Shown: positions 49,220 to 59,154 of the stretch, piece by piece
How positions within the stretch are numbered: the first letter of the stretch is position 1
Layout of the letters: every line of letters begins with the position of its first letter
Virus record (IMG/VR): IMGVR_UViG_3300026512_000003
Span: 101,428-165,427 of that record
Reading direction: 5' to 3' (one strand)
Origin: a virus
DNA length: 64,000 nt
Notes under the pieces: generated by a model
Told to the model about the DNA's origin: nothing
Seen by the model: only the letters and a program-made list of their open reading frames with translations
Database searches by the model: none
Position numbers and translations under genes: made by a program

Positions 49220-50284
49220 ATGACAAAAATAGAAGCAATAGGGTTATTGCACAGTAGAAAATGCGATGTGATTTATAAAGGTTCTTCAGAGTTTATTTTA
49301 GACAAAGGAAGTATTATAAATAAAAGAAGTAAGAAAGCTCTTGATTTAAAAGACTTAAGTGAGGATGAATGGGAATCAAAATCATTTCCTAAATGGTACG
49401 ATGAGCTAAGCGAAAGAATGCTACTCGTAATGATAGAATCAGGAGGTATCCCATGTGTAGCAACAGGTGCTGTAACAGATGAGGAGTCTGGTGAAGTTAG
49501 TATTGTGGTTCAGGACGGTAGAATTTTCAATTGTGATGAGATATCACCTATGACTAGAGATGAAGCATCGCAGTTTTTAGTTAACGGTAAAAAGATAAAA
49601 GTTACCCCCAGAACAAAACCACAGCCTACAAGAAAAGAAGCCGTGGGAGATATCAATGAAAGAGAAGCTACAGAAGTACATCCACAATCTATAGAAGATA
49701 AAAAGGAAGGTTTAGAGCCTAAAAATGAAGAGATTCGAGAGGACATACAGGTAGAATTACCCCCAAAGGAAAAAACTGTGGAAATGACGCAACCCACAGA
49801 GAATATTGCAGAGAAAAAGGTAGAAGCTATTAATGAAGATGCAAAAAGGGCCGCAGTAATAAAAGCTGCTTCTGAAGGAGTAAGTGCTAGAGTTGCCGCA
49901 TTGAGAGAGAGATATGAAGCTGCTGGAGTGGAAAAAAATGAGTGGCATTTGTTTTATCAGTTTATGAGAGATGAATTGGGCATTGTAATTGAGCATACGA
50001 GTGGAACAGATGAAGATGTCGTCAACAATATAAAAACTTTTAGGGAATATTATGTTCCGGAAGATACTGAGACAGTTCAAGCTCCTTTACAACAAGAGGT
50101 ACCAGTAGAAAATAATATCCTGAAAGAATTGTTGCGTTTTGAAGATAGCGGGTTAGACATAGATGATAGAGAAGAGTTTATTGAGTTCTTTAAGCTTGAT
50201 AAATTTTCTTGGGATGATATGAAAAAACTAGGTGACAGTAATGTTGTAGATCAGATTGCTGTTTTTTATTCTTCAGTATCTTAA
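49220..50284 (+). CDS. Acidic hypothetical protein
   Basis: 354 aa; TAGTATAAT about 30 nt upstream. Confidence 0.8.
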   Translation: MTKIEAIGLLHSRKCDVIYKGSSEFILDKGSIINKRSKKALDLKDLSEDEWESKSFPKWYDELSERMLLVMIESGGIPCVATGAVTDEESGEVSIVVQDGRIFNCDEISPMTRDEASQFLVNGKKIKVTPRTKPQPTRKEAVGDINEREATEVHPQSIEDKKEGLEPKNEEIREDIQVELPPKEKTVEMTQPTENIAEKKVEAINEDAKRAAVIKAASEGVSARVAALRERYEAAGVEKNEWHLFYQFMRDELGIVIEHTSGTDEDVVNNIKTFREYYVPEDTETVQAPLQQEVPVENNILKELLRFEDSGLDIDDREEFIEFFKLDKFSWDDMKKLGDSNVVDQIAVFYSSVS

Positions 50285-50302
50285 GCAAGAAAGGAATAAA
50301 AA

Positions 50303-50605
50303 ATGAAAGAAGAATATTCACAAGCAGTTGTGTGGTTAGAAGACGAAAGCAAAGATGATGCTTTCGTTGTCCCTGTAAAAACAGTAGAAGAAGGCATGAT
50401 GACTTTAAGTGTTCTTGGTGCATACGACGACTTCAGAAAAAGAAACCACGAAGTCAAAACAAAGCATACAGGAAGTATGGCATTACTAGTGGAAGGTGAA
50501 TTGAAACCATGGAAATTTGTATCTATCGAAGATGGTGGAAAAGAGTTTACAGATCCGATGGAATATTTGATATCTAAATACAACAAGTACACTATCGTTA
50601 CATAG
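50303..50605 (+). CDS. Hypothetical protein
   Basis: RBS. Confidence 0.7.
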   Translation: MKEEYSQAVVWLEDESKDDAFVVPVKTVEEGMMTLSVLGAYDDFRKRNHEVKTKHTGSMALLVEGELKPWKFVSIEDGGKEFTDPMEYLISKYNKYTIVT

Positions 50606-50692
50606 AGATGGAAAGTTCAGGGATTTTAGGTTTCACAGAACTTTTGCTAATATCAGTAATAGTCTTGGAACTACTTATTTTTTTTAATAACA

Positions 50693-50719
50693 ATAGATAG
50701 GGGTATAGCCCTTATCTAT
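50693..50719. terminator. Hairpin at convergence of + and - blocks
   Basis: atagatagggg-tatag-cccttatctat, 11-bp stem. Confidence 0.65.
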
Positions 50720-51696
50720 AATTCTGCGCTAGGAATTTGATATCCTGAGATCCTGTAAATTAAATGAGCAAAAAGCTGGATAGATTGCTCATAAGTCAAA
50801 AAGATATCATCGCCTTGAAAAAGAACAGAACCATTAGAAGATTCAAGAAAATCAGTTAGTTTTATAGAGAGCTCCTCAGCTGTAAGTAGATCTGTAAAAG
50901 CTAATTTTTTTTCAGCACTTGGTAAGGTGTAGTCTTTTGATAAAAGTTTTTCAAGAGTGAGAATATTAGATAATTCGTGAGACTCAGGAGACATTATTGC
51001 ATGCTCACTAATATATAAGTCTTCTTTTACGACAGGTTCTAATATTTGTTCTTTTGTTAAAGAAGAGTCAGTCATAGAAACACTTTTGGAAGAAATTATA
51101 CTAGAACCATCAATGTGTGATAAGTAACAAATATCTTTGTCCGGTGATTTTATAAATCGTCCATGTGTTCCTATTCCAATGTTAACACTCCATTGGTTAT
51201 CAGGGATAGTAATAGTTTCTCCCTGTTTGCTAAAATACCCATCATACACAGACAATGGAAAAAGAGTTAAACTACTGTCTTCAGAAAGATCAAAAGTAAT
51301 ATCTTCAGAATACGGTTTTCCGTAATTAAAAAATATATCTTCAGAAAGAAGACTATTGTTGTCCACATAATCTATACTCAAAAGATGTCTGTCAGTGACT
51401 TCTTCAAAAGTAGCTTTTGCCCCTATAATATTTGTAGGAAGTGCAAAGTATTTAGACAGTTCGAATGCTGAGTATTGAAAGAATTGATTAGGGGAGTAAT
51501 TTCCTAAATCCACAGATGGAGCATGTATTTCTATACCAGGGATATTTGAAATATTTACTTTTCCAAAAAAAGCATAGTTTTTTAAATAGTCAAGAGATAA
51601 TTCCACTCCAGCATCAGCTTGATTTACAAGAGTTTGAGAGTATTTGATTGCTTTTATTAGGGTATCAATATCCTCTAGTGATGTGTTTGGTTTCAT
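50716..51696 (-). CDS. Hypothetical protein
   Basis: 326 aa; coupled to upstream gene. Confidence 0.8.
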   Translation of the reverse strand: MKPNTSLEDIDTLIKAIKYSQTLVNQADAGVELSLDYLKNYAFFGKVNISNIPGIEIHAPSVDLGNYSPNQFFQYSAFELSKYFALPTNIIGAKATFEEVTDRHLLSIDYVDNNSLLSEDIFFNYGKPYSEDITFDLSEDSSLTLFPLSVYDGYFSKQGETITIPDNQWSVNIGIGTHGRFIKSPDKDICYLSHIDGSSIISSKSVSMTDSSLTKEQILEPVVKEDLYISEHAIMSPESHELSNILTLEKLLSKDYTLPSAEKKLAFTDLLTAEELSIKLTDFLESSNGSVLFQGDDIFLTYEQSIQLFAHLIYRISGYQIPSAEL

Positions 51697-52427
51697 AAGT
51701 ATTCTCCGTTATTTACAGGTATAGTCAGACCTATCGGCTCAACAGGTTGAAAAGTTAGTGCCTTTAAGCCATCTTTAACATTTTCTTTTTTTCTTTTGAA
51801 GGTATTATAAATACCATAGCCAGCTGCGAGAGTAACCAATGCTTTGAGAAGTTTTTCATCACTCGCTGTCTTTTGTAAAGCTTTTTTGTTTGAGTGAGTT
51901 CTCATATAGTAAGAGAGAGGATCCATAAGAGAAAGAGCTGTCATTCCCATAAAACCAATTTTTCCAATTTTTCCAGCGTCTTTGAATGATTTTCCATATT
52001 CTTTAAAAGAGTTTTTAAGCTCGTCTCTACTAATTAGCCTTTTGAAACTATTTTTCATAGGTTCTTGTTCTGCATGTGTCATTGCTTTTGCTCCGTGGTC
52101 CCAAAGCATTTGTGTAGTAGCGCCATCTATTACAGAAGGTGCAAGTATTTGTGCAAAATGAGATCCATTGAACTCTTGATCGCCTTTATATTTATTAGCG
52201 AGATAACCTGAGGCTATAGGCATAGCACCAGTAAGAGCACCTGCTCCAAGAAGAACTCCAGCTTTTCTCCCTAGAGTACCAAGATTTTTTCTGTTTTTGT
52301 ATGAATTTGAAGTTAGGAAACCTACTTTTCCACCTTTGGAAAGCATCCCTATACCTAGGGTTCCTGCACCAATCTCAGTGGCTCCATCTTGTAGTCCATA
52401 CCGTTCTTTTTGCTTTTTTTGAGCCAC
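51693..52427 (-). CDS. Gly/Ala-rich membrane-type protein with KTAS motif (candidate virion/ejection protein)
   Basis: GVLLGAGALTGAMPIASG and other hydrophobic helices; LQKTAS; AGGAG RBS. Confidence 0.7.
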   Translation of the reverse strand: MAQKKQKERYGLQDGATEIGAGTLGIGMLSKGGKVGFLTSNSYKNRKNLGTLGRKAGVLLGAGALTGAMPIASGYLANKYKGDQEFNGSHFAQILAPSVIDGATTQMLWDHGAKAMTHAEQEPMKNSFKRLISRDELKNSFKEYGKSFKDAGKIGKIGFMGMTALSLMDPLSYYMRTHSNKKALQKTASDEKLLKALVTLAAGYGIYNTFKRKKENVKDGLKALTFQPVEPIGLTIPVNNGEYL

Positions 52428-52445
52428 AATGTTCTCCTATTAATT

Positions 52446-53060
52446 TTACTCAAGAATTGTTGCTAACATTATACCATAAAGCTTAGTTGTCTCCTTTGCG
52501 TTGGCTTTGTTAAAAATTTTTCTATGTAAGTAATGTGCTAAAAACTCTTCTTTTTGAGACGCTTTTGTTTGACAAATATTATTCCATGTTCTTGAGAAAG
52601 TACCACCTTCTTCTATTCTTTCGGATAAATTATCCCATAAAGTTAAACCTGCAACAATTGGAGATTGTCTTGTAAACCCTAATCCACCTAATCTGGAAAT
52701 TCTAATAATCTCTTTAGCAAGGAGGTCTTTATGGTATTTGTCAATATTGACTTTGTTTTCTTTAAGCTTGCCATTACATTTTTCTAAGAACATTTTATTT
52801 TTTTTGGAAAAGATACTTTTTATTAAAATATTTGAGATTGTAAAGATGTCTTCTTCTGTAAAGCCTATCCCTTGAAGAAATGTAGAAACTTCAGATGTGC
52901 GTATATCTTTTCTGAAAAGACCAAAACTCACGAAGGTTCCTGCCCCAGAATTTGTGAAAGCAAATCTATCTCTTTTAGGTGAGCATTGGCGAAAAGAAAC
53001 GGAATTCAAAGCATAATGTATCTTATTTATTTCTAATGATTTTATTTTGTCAGAAGCCAT
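52446..53060 (-). CDS. Hypothetical protein
   Basis: 204 aa; RBS. Confidence 0.75.
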   Translation of the reverse strand: MASDKIKSLEINKIHYALNSVSFRQCSPKRDRFAFTNSGAGTFVSFGLFRKDIRTSEVSTFLQGIGFTEEDIFTISNILIKSIFSKKNKMFLEKCNGKLKENKVNIDKYHKDLLAKEIIRISRLGGLGFTRQSPIVAGLTLWDNLSERIEEGGTFSRTWNNICQTKASQKEEFLAHYLHRKIFNKANAKETTKLYGIMLATILE

Positions 53061-53061
53061 G

Positions 53062-53328
53062 TTATTTTCCTAAAATTCCAAGAATTGCACTCTCTGGTAC
53101 AAGATCTGCAATCTTACTATCAATAATATAATCTTCTAGTAAGGCACTTTGGTACAAAACCTTTTCGCCTACTTTAACCATTGAAAAATCTTGTGGGACA
53201 GATCTTACAATTCCTACTGCAGGGTATCTTGTTTTTTGCATAGAAACTACTATTCCTGTTTCAGAGGCCATCTCGTCTTCTCTATCTATTACCACTAAAT
53301 CTAAGAGTGGTCTAAATCCGTCACTCAT
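53062..53328 (-). CDS. groES: Co-chaperonin GroES-like protein
   Basis: FRPLLDLVVI...ETGIVV...GIVRSV...VKVGEKVL...ESAILGI. Confidence 0.8.
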   Translation of the reverse strand: MSDGFRPLLDLVVIDREDEMASETGIVVSMQKTRYPAVGIVRSVPQDFSMVKVGEKVLYQSALLEDYIIDSKIADLVPESAILGILGK

Positions 53329-53414
53329 GCTACATCCTTTGTCTATTATTTTTGAACACAATTGTAGCATTATAAGTTTAATTAAGTCTAAAAGTCCCTT
53401 GTCTTCCGAAGAAA

Positions 53415-54059
53415 CTACTGTTTTTGGAGTTTTTCAAAAGAAAGGTCAGACTTTTTCTGTAGAAGTTCTTGGATTTCTTTCGACTTCTCTAAAGCTTTCT
53501 TACTATATTTAATGGCCTGTATTAGCACAAGCTTAGATATGGGTTCAACAGGAACAGGAAGTTTGAATAAAATATCTTTCTGATTGTAAAGACTACCATC
53601 ACAGTCAAAAAGTTTGCTATTAATGTAAGCAACGACATCTTTGTCTGACATCCAAATGGATAATGTGACAGCATCAACTATATCAGGGCATTGGATAAAC
53701 AGCATATTTTGACCAGCAAATACAGGATGCTTAGAGTTGGATATAAAATGGAAAGCTCCAACATACACTTTACCTGCAGGAATGACAACGCTAGAAGCTG
53801 TAAGAACATAGTTCTTTACTATAGAAGGAGTAACATCTCGCTTTGGATGTAAAGTTGCTCTAGATACATTAAATACTCCACCTTCAAAACAAGCATTAGT
53901 AAGAGTAAAGCAAGGAATAGTTTCATAGTTGTCTCTTATCCGAAGTTTTTTTAGTCTTGAGATCTTTGTACCTTTTTTAGAAAGGCTTATTTCTAGGTCC
54001 TGAAAAGAATAACCAAGTGAATGTAATTTTCTTCTAAGATCTGATAACGAAACAGACAT
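53415..54059 (-). CDS. Divergent solo type I R-M specificity (HsdS TRD-like) protein, putative
   Basis: YVL..SSVVI...VFAGQNMLFI...LSIWMS...GS......LFKLPVP followed by a helix, resembling one TRD plus conserved region. Confidence 0.45.
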   Translation of the reverse strand: MSVSLSDLRRKLHSLGYSFQDLEISLSKKGTKISRLKKLRIRDNYETIPCFTLTNACFEGGVFNVSRATLHPKRDVTPSIVKNYVLTASSVVIPAGKVYVGAFHFISNSKHPVFAGQNMLFIQCPDIVDAVTLSIWMSDKDVVAYINSKLFDCDGSLYNQKDILFKLPVPVEPISKLVLIQAIKYSKKALEKSKEIQELLQKKSDLSFEKLQKQ

Positions 54060-54111
54060 GCATAATCCTTGAGAAAAGTTGCGTTATTATACCTAATTAA
54101 TGTTTAAATAA

Positions 54112-54170
54112 TGTCCGTATATACTACGAACAAGGGGGATATATATGTGTGTCCGTGCGATATACGAACA
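54112..54170. promoter_or_regulatory. Two operator-like imperfect palindromes
   Basis: TGTCCGT-N7-ACGAACA at 54112 and 54150, upstream of minus-strand TATAAT (54086-54091). Confidence 0.55.
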
Positions 54171-54620
54171 TAAATTAGCCTTGTCTCAAGAGCATAAAGA
54201 GTAGATGGTGCAAATACAGAACAGTTTTTTATAAGAAAAAGGGATACTAATAAAGAAAAGAATATTGAATGAGGGTATAACTAAAGTAGGTAGTCATTTA
54301 TTTTAAGGATTACATTGCACTACAGGTCACATAAAAGATATGGTTAAATAGAATATTTGTGTCTTTAAGGAAAAGCTGTCTAAAACAAGCAATAATATCT
54401 AATAAGAGTCTGTATAATCTAAAAAAAAGCTCGAAACTTAAGGAAACTTATAAAAAACCAACCCCCCTAAAATACGAGGTTTGGTTTCAAAAATCCCAAT
54501 AGTGGTAACAAAAAGTAGGACTACAAGATTCTTAAGAAATAAAATTAAATAAAAATCTTAAGAAATGTGGTAGTCCCAATCACAAACCTTAAGCCAAAAA
54601 AAGAGCAATGAATGAACATT

Positions 54621-54851
54621 TTACCACTTTTGCATTCTTGCACCATGGATGCCCATTGACTTGCCAGCAATACGATGAGGTCTAGACATACCCTTCATTG
54701 CTCTAGCACTACGAGAAGACCTTTGCTTGTTCGCATTGTATGTACCAAGACTAAGTTTATCTTCTGTAAGTGGGATGTCTGTGCCATTTTCTGGTGTAAC
54801 CAAGTCTAAATCCCTATTTTTAGGCTTCTTCCGAGTAAAAGAATTTTTCAT
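54621..54851 (-). CDS. Small basic protein
   Basis: GGAGG RBS before ATG 54851; MKNSFTRKK... Confidence 0.7.
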   Translation of the reverse strand: MKNSFTRKKPKNRDLDLVTPENGTDIPLTEDKLSLGTYNANKQRSSRSARAMKGMSRPHRIAGKSMGIHGARMQKW

Positions 54852-54952
54852 AATGTCATACCTCCGATGTATATTGTAAATGAAAGTATATCGAATAATA
54901 GGAAAAAATATGCTATACTTACAGCAAAACAAAACAAAAGAGAGGATATACA

Positions 54953-55726
54953 ATGAATGCTTTTACAAGAATGGCACCAGAAGACACCCTACTATTCCAA
55001 CAAGGTGGAGCAACACTAGAACCAAGATACCCAGACAGATATGAGCGTAAAGCTTTGCATAATACAGAAAGTAATGGTGATGAAGGTAGCGATAGTGCTG
55101 GTCGTGCTAATACTAAGGCTGATGGTGATTTTGGTGCTGAAGGGGTGGAGGACAAGGAAGCAGGGCTCCTGAGTGGCATGATGAACCTCGTGAAGAAAAA
55201 GCCATTACCTAGACCAATTCAATCTTTAGAGGCTAAACGCCTTGCAGAGCGTGCTGGAGGGTATGCTGACCAATCTAGAGATCTTGGAAAAAAAATTGAT
55301 ACAGTTAATATGCTTAAAGGCAACAGACCACTAGGACCAAAAGCGACAGAGTATCTAGCAAGACATGAGCGAGCTAAACAAGTGGCAGATGCAAATCTAA
55401 ATGGACTAAGAAAAAAAGTTCTTAAAACTGACCCTTCTTACCATCATCTCACTAATGGTACACAGGAGTTTAAAACTGGACTCAGACCAAAAATGAAAGG
55501 GTCCGACAGCTCACTAAAAACAAAAACTCCTAAGCCGAAGTTGAAAAGGTATGGTAATGCTAAAGATGTATTGTTTGAACAATCAAGAATGACAAATTCA
55601 ACTTTAACTAGACCTAAAAAAATTGGAACAGCTCAGACGGTGGGAGCAACAGGAGCAATGCCAGAGAAAAACCTAGCTCGCCCTATCAATAATTTTTCAA
55701 AGAGCCCTAACAGTGCAGTAGCTTAA
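54953..55726 (+). CDS. Acidic-leader/basic-body protein with KEAGLL site
   Basis: Charge switch at DKEA|GLL; TGCTATACT extended -10 near 54911. Confidence 0.75.
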   Translation: MNAFTRMAPEDTLLFQQGGATLEPRYPDRYERKALHNTESNGDEGSDSAGRANTKADGDFGAEGVEDKEAGLLSGMMNLVKKKPLPRPIQSLEAKRLAERAGGYADQSRDLGKKIDTVNMLKGNRPLGPKATEYLARHERAKQVADANLNGLRKKVLKTDPSYHHLTNGTQEFKTGLRPKMKGSDSSLKTKTPKPKLKRYGNAKDVLFEQSRMTNSTLTRPKKIGTAQTVGATGAMPEKNLARPINNFSKSPNSAVA

Positions 55727-55735
55727 GGTTTTAAC

Positions 55736-55996
55736 ATGGATACAGTTAAAGAAGCAGGGTTGTTAGGAGCAGCTAAAGCTTTTTCAGTAGGAATAAAAGG
55801 ACTAGGAGCTAAGCCTCTTGGTTCTTCTTCAGTGAAAGGGCTAACAAGACCTCTTGGTGGAATTAAAAAAAGTTTAGTTCATCAGAAAATGCCAGTAGCT
55901 AAACCTAATGCATTTGCTAAGTTTAATACAAGTGTACCCACTGCTCCTCATACTCCGACAGCATTTATTCCAAGACCCACACTAAAATACAAATAA
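55736..55996 (+). CDS. Small cationic protein, MDTVKEA|GLL
   Basis: No D/E after residue 6. Confidence 0.7.
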   Translation: MDTVKEAGLLGAAKAFSVGIKGLGAKPLGSSSVKGLTRPLGGIKKSLVHQKMPVAKPNAFAKFNTSVPTAPHTPTAFIPRPTLKYK

Positions 55997-56008
55997 GGAC
56001 AAAAAAAT

Positions 56009-58381
56009 ATGAAAAGTACAGTAACAGCACAGCTTCAAAAACTTATTCATGAAGAAGCAATGAAACAACTAGCTGAGAATTTCCAGGATTTGCTACCAAA
56101 ATTAGTTAAAATCGAAGTAGATCATGTAGAAGAGGATATGTCTTATGCAATTGGTGCAGCATATTTTCTTCTATCGGAAAGACTCGTGTTTATTCCTATT
56201 ATATATCGCAATGGTGGAGTTGATTCAATCTCTTATATTGGAGATGTGGAAAACGAAGCATTATATGGTCTTACTAAGAAAATGTATAAGAAAATGGTTA
56301 ACACTACAAAAATTGAGTTTGGTAAAGCAATCTCCGAGAAAGACCAAGAGAGATTACTTGTGGATAAAGGTATAATCGGAAGATTGTTTGCAACTCCACA
56401 AACGATGTCTCCTAAGGTTGCATCAGAAGGTGAAGATTCAGTTATGCTAGGTATGTTAAATAATGAAATCTTTGCAGCTGCTTTTGAAAAACTTGCTTCC
56501 GACGCAAAATTTAGTCCTGTTCTTAGGGATATATATCCTCAAGAAGTGTTCAATAAGCTAAGAGAAGTTAGAAGCATACAAAAAACGGCAGGTCTTGTAA
56601 ACTATGCATCAGACAGAGTTTATACAAAAATAGCAGAGCTCAAAGATATATCTCCCAAGTTGAGAAGACAAGCAGCTCACGAAATAGCAACAAAAGGTTT
56701 CTTTAAATTTGCATCAGAGAAGAAAGCCACTAAGGCTGCTTTGGCTCATATTCCATCATACGGTGAAATGCTTCTTAAGTCTAAATCAGAGCTGGAAGTT
56801 CTTACTGAACCTGGAATATACAATGCTCTCACTAAAGATTTGCGCCTAGAGCCAATCGTTATTGCAAAAGATTTAAGTAATGGTGATAAGGCAGCTTATT
56901 ATGGTGATGAACATTGGGCTGTTGGAAAAGATGTGTCAGAAGTGCGCCCTTATAGAATAAAATCAGCTTATTCAGACAGGGACAGAAGAGACAATGAAGG
57001 AAATATGCTTGGGATGAAAGCAGGTATGATTACTAAAGATCCTCGTGCTCATATTATTGGAGTGTTTGGAGCTGAAGTTAATCCCACTAAAGCTGATAAA
57101 ATAGTTCTCGTTCATAGTTCTGATGATATAGAGGTTGCAAATATTAGCACTGTAACAAAGGTAGGCTCAGAGTTGGTTGTGACTACTTGGGATGACATGT
57201 CAATAATTGTTGGTGATAAATACAGATATATGAAATCACAAGGCAATGTTTATATTCATCCACAGAATGTAATCTTTGTTGAGAAGATGAATGGCAATGA
57301 GGTAAAACCTGTGTCAGATTTTAAAAGAAATAAACCGAAAAGCAAATCAATCTTTTTATTAGATACTGAACTAGACGCTGCTCTTGTAAAAACAGCTAGT
57401 TTTGATGTTACATATACTGCTGGAGGCTTCCTATATAAAGGTGCTAAATATGCAAGAGAGGAGCTTTTCACGAAAATGGCAAGTGAAGGGTTTGATGATT
57501 TTAGTATTCATAATGTGATTAAAACTGCTTCTAAGACTCCGAATACTCCAAATGATTTTGCTGAGCTTTCCACAACACTAAAAGCGATACTTGCAGAACT
57601 TGCTGAGAATAAGGTTACTCTACAATCAGTAGGTCAAGCCCTTGGACAACTTGGACAGCTTCAGCAAGGTGGTGGAGTAGATCCTGTTACTAACCAACCA
57701 ACAGATATAGACCCTAATGCTCAACAACCTCAACAAGCACAAGAGCAACCTACTCAAGGTGGTGATGATCAACAAGTTCTTCAGCAGATACAAGAGTTAT
57801 GTCAGCAACTAGGGGTAGATCCACAACAAGTAATGCAAGCAGGGCAACAGCAAGGTATGGCCCCAGCAGACATACTTGCTCAGTTGCAACAAGAGGGTCA
57901 GCAAATGCAACAAGCTGCTCAAGAGCAACAACAGCAACCTGGTGAAGGTTCTCCGATGGAACAAGATCAACAAGCTACGCAACAACAAGATCCAAACGCA
58001 CAGCAAGATCCAAATGCTCAACAAAGTCCAATGACACAGCAAGATCCTAGTGCTCAATTACAGCAAGCTGGATACAATATACAAATGACTCCAGAGATGC
58101 TAGAACAGTTACAAGGGATTGCGGATAAAGATGTGTTGAATGCTTCTATCATTTCGTATCTTATTGATACTCCTGATGCAAAAGCAGTTACAATGGGTTA
58201 TATGGAAGATATCAAAAGAGGCGTAATAGGACTTGCGAAAACCTTATTGTTGATAGAGGTGCAAAGAAATAACTTCCGTGATCAAATCGGAGACAAGCAA
58301 CTAGATACTTTTATTTCTAGAGGTAAAACTCTGTTGAACAGATTAACTGACTTTACTATAGACGCAGCTATAATAGAATAA
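56009..58381 (+). CDS. 790-aa protein with 7 KxA(S/G) motifs and Q/P-rich linker (candidate head scaffold/core)
   Basis: KVAS, KLAS, KTAG, KFAS, KTAS, KMAS, KTAS. Confidence 0.8.
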   Translation: MKSTVTAQLQKLIHEEAMKQLAENFQDLLPKLVKIEVDHVEEDMSYAIGAAYFLLSERLVFIPIIYRNGGVDSISYIGDVENEALYGLTKKMYKKMVNTTKIEFGKAISEKDQERLLVDKGIIGRLFATPQTMSPKVASEGEDSVMLGMLNNEIFAAAFEKLASDAKFSPVLRDIYPQEVFNKLREVRSIQKTAGLVNYASDRVYTKIAELKDISPKLRRQAAHEIATKGFFKFASEKKATKAALAHIPSYGEMLLKSKSELEVLTEPGIYNALTKDLRLEPIVIAKDLSNGDKAAYYGDEHWAVGKDVSEVRPYRIKSAYSDRDRRDNEGNMLGMKAGMITKDPRAHIIGVFGAEVNPTKADKIVLVHSSDDIEVANISTVTKVGSELVVTTWDDMSIIVGDKYRYMKSQGNVYIHPQNVIFVEKMNGNEVKPVSDFKRNKPKSKSIFLLDTELDAALVKTASFDVTYTAGGFLYKGAKYAREELFTKMASEGFDDFSIHNVIKTASKTPNTPNDFAELSTTLKAILAELAENKVTLQSVGQALGQLGQLQQGGGVDPVTNQPTDIDPNAQQPQQAQEQPTQGGDDQQVLQQIQELCQQLGVDPQQVMQAGQQQGMAPADILAQLQQEGQQMQQAAQEQQQQPGEGSPMEQDQQATQQQDPNAQQDPNAQQSPMTQQDPSAQLQQAGYNIQMTPEMLEQLQGIADKDVLNASIISYLIDTPDAKAVTMGYMEDIKRGVIGLAKTLLLIEVQRNNFRDQIGDKQLDTFISRGKTLLNRLTDFTIDAAIIE

Positions 58382-58389
58382 GAGGCTAC

Positions 58390-59154
58390 ATGTATAGCCT
58401 TTCCGTTTTAGATAAGCATTGGGATTTAACGGGAACTCTAGAAAACGATGATCATTTTGATTACGCTCTAGAGTTGTCCGCATACTACAAGGGTCAAACT
58501 ACTGAAATAAGTGAGGTTGCTCAAGACATAGTGTGGATTAGAGAAACTACTTTTAGGCAGTGGTTTGTTGAAGCTATGCTATTTGTCGATGGGGACCCTG
58601 CTTTAATTGGACAGTGTATAGATATGAAGAAAGAATCTATTGAGGCATACAAAAGTATCTTCTTTGAAGTATCTAGGCTCCGAGGTCAACTTGGAAAGAC
58701 TGAGTATTATGAAATTATTATGTCTGAAAACGATAAGAATACACAAGAGTATTCAAGAGCTAGCATGTTAAGAGAAGCACATCTTGGTGGACCAGAGGTA
58801 ATAATGGAACAGTTTAACATAAATCTTTTTGACTACTCTCTATCAGCATATAAAGATACTGCACAGAAGGTACTCGCTTGGAAAGAGAAAGTGTTTGAGA
58901 GAGACGGTGGTGATTATGACCAATTTCAAAAAGGACTTAAAGCTAAATCGGAAACTCTTAATGTTATACAAAAAGCATCTGCGAATACAGACAGCAATAA
59001 GATGTCAGACATTGCTGCACTTACTCGTGTACTTGAAGAAATGCACGCCGAAGGTCTTGTGGAGGGCGAAATTGAACTTGACTCATACAATGTAGAGTTA
59101 GAGGAAGTAATAGGTCTTCCTGAGACTATAGAAGAAGAGGAACCAACAGAATGA
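58390..59154 (+). CDS. Acidic helical hypothetical protein
   Basis: GAGG RBS; 254 aa. Confidence 0.8.
   Translation: MYSLSVLDKHWDLTGTLENDDHFDYALELSAYYKGQTTEISEVAQDIVWIRETTFRQWFVEAMLFVDGDPALIGQCIDMKKESIEAYKSIFFEVSRLRGQLGKTEYYEIIMSENDKNTQEYSRASMLREAHLGGPEVIMEQFNINLFDYSLSAYKDTAQKVLAWKEKVFERDGGDYDQFQKGLKAKSETLNVIQKASANTDSNKMSDIAALTRVLEEMHAEGLVEGEIELDSYNVELEEVIGLPETIEEEEPTE

Noticed and set aside
387-50592. Most short minus-strand ORFs in the track
   Set aside because: They overlap well-supported plus-strand genes, are F/S/I/L-rich antisense shadows and lack RBSs.
52446-53060. Lysozyme-like enzyme (FVSFGLF)
   Set aside because: Only a short resemblance, with no identifiable catalytic residues.
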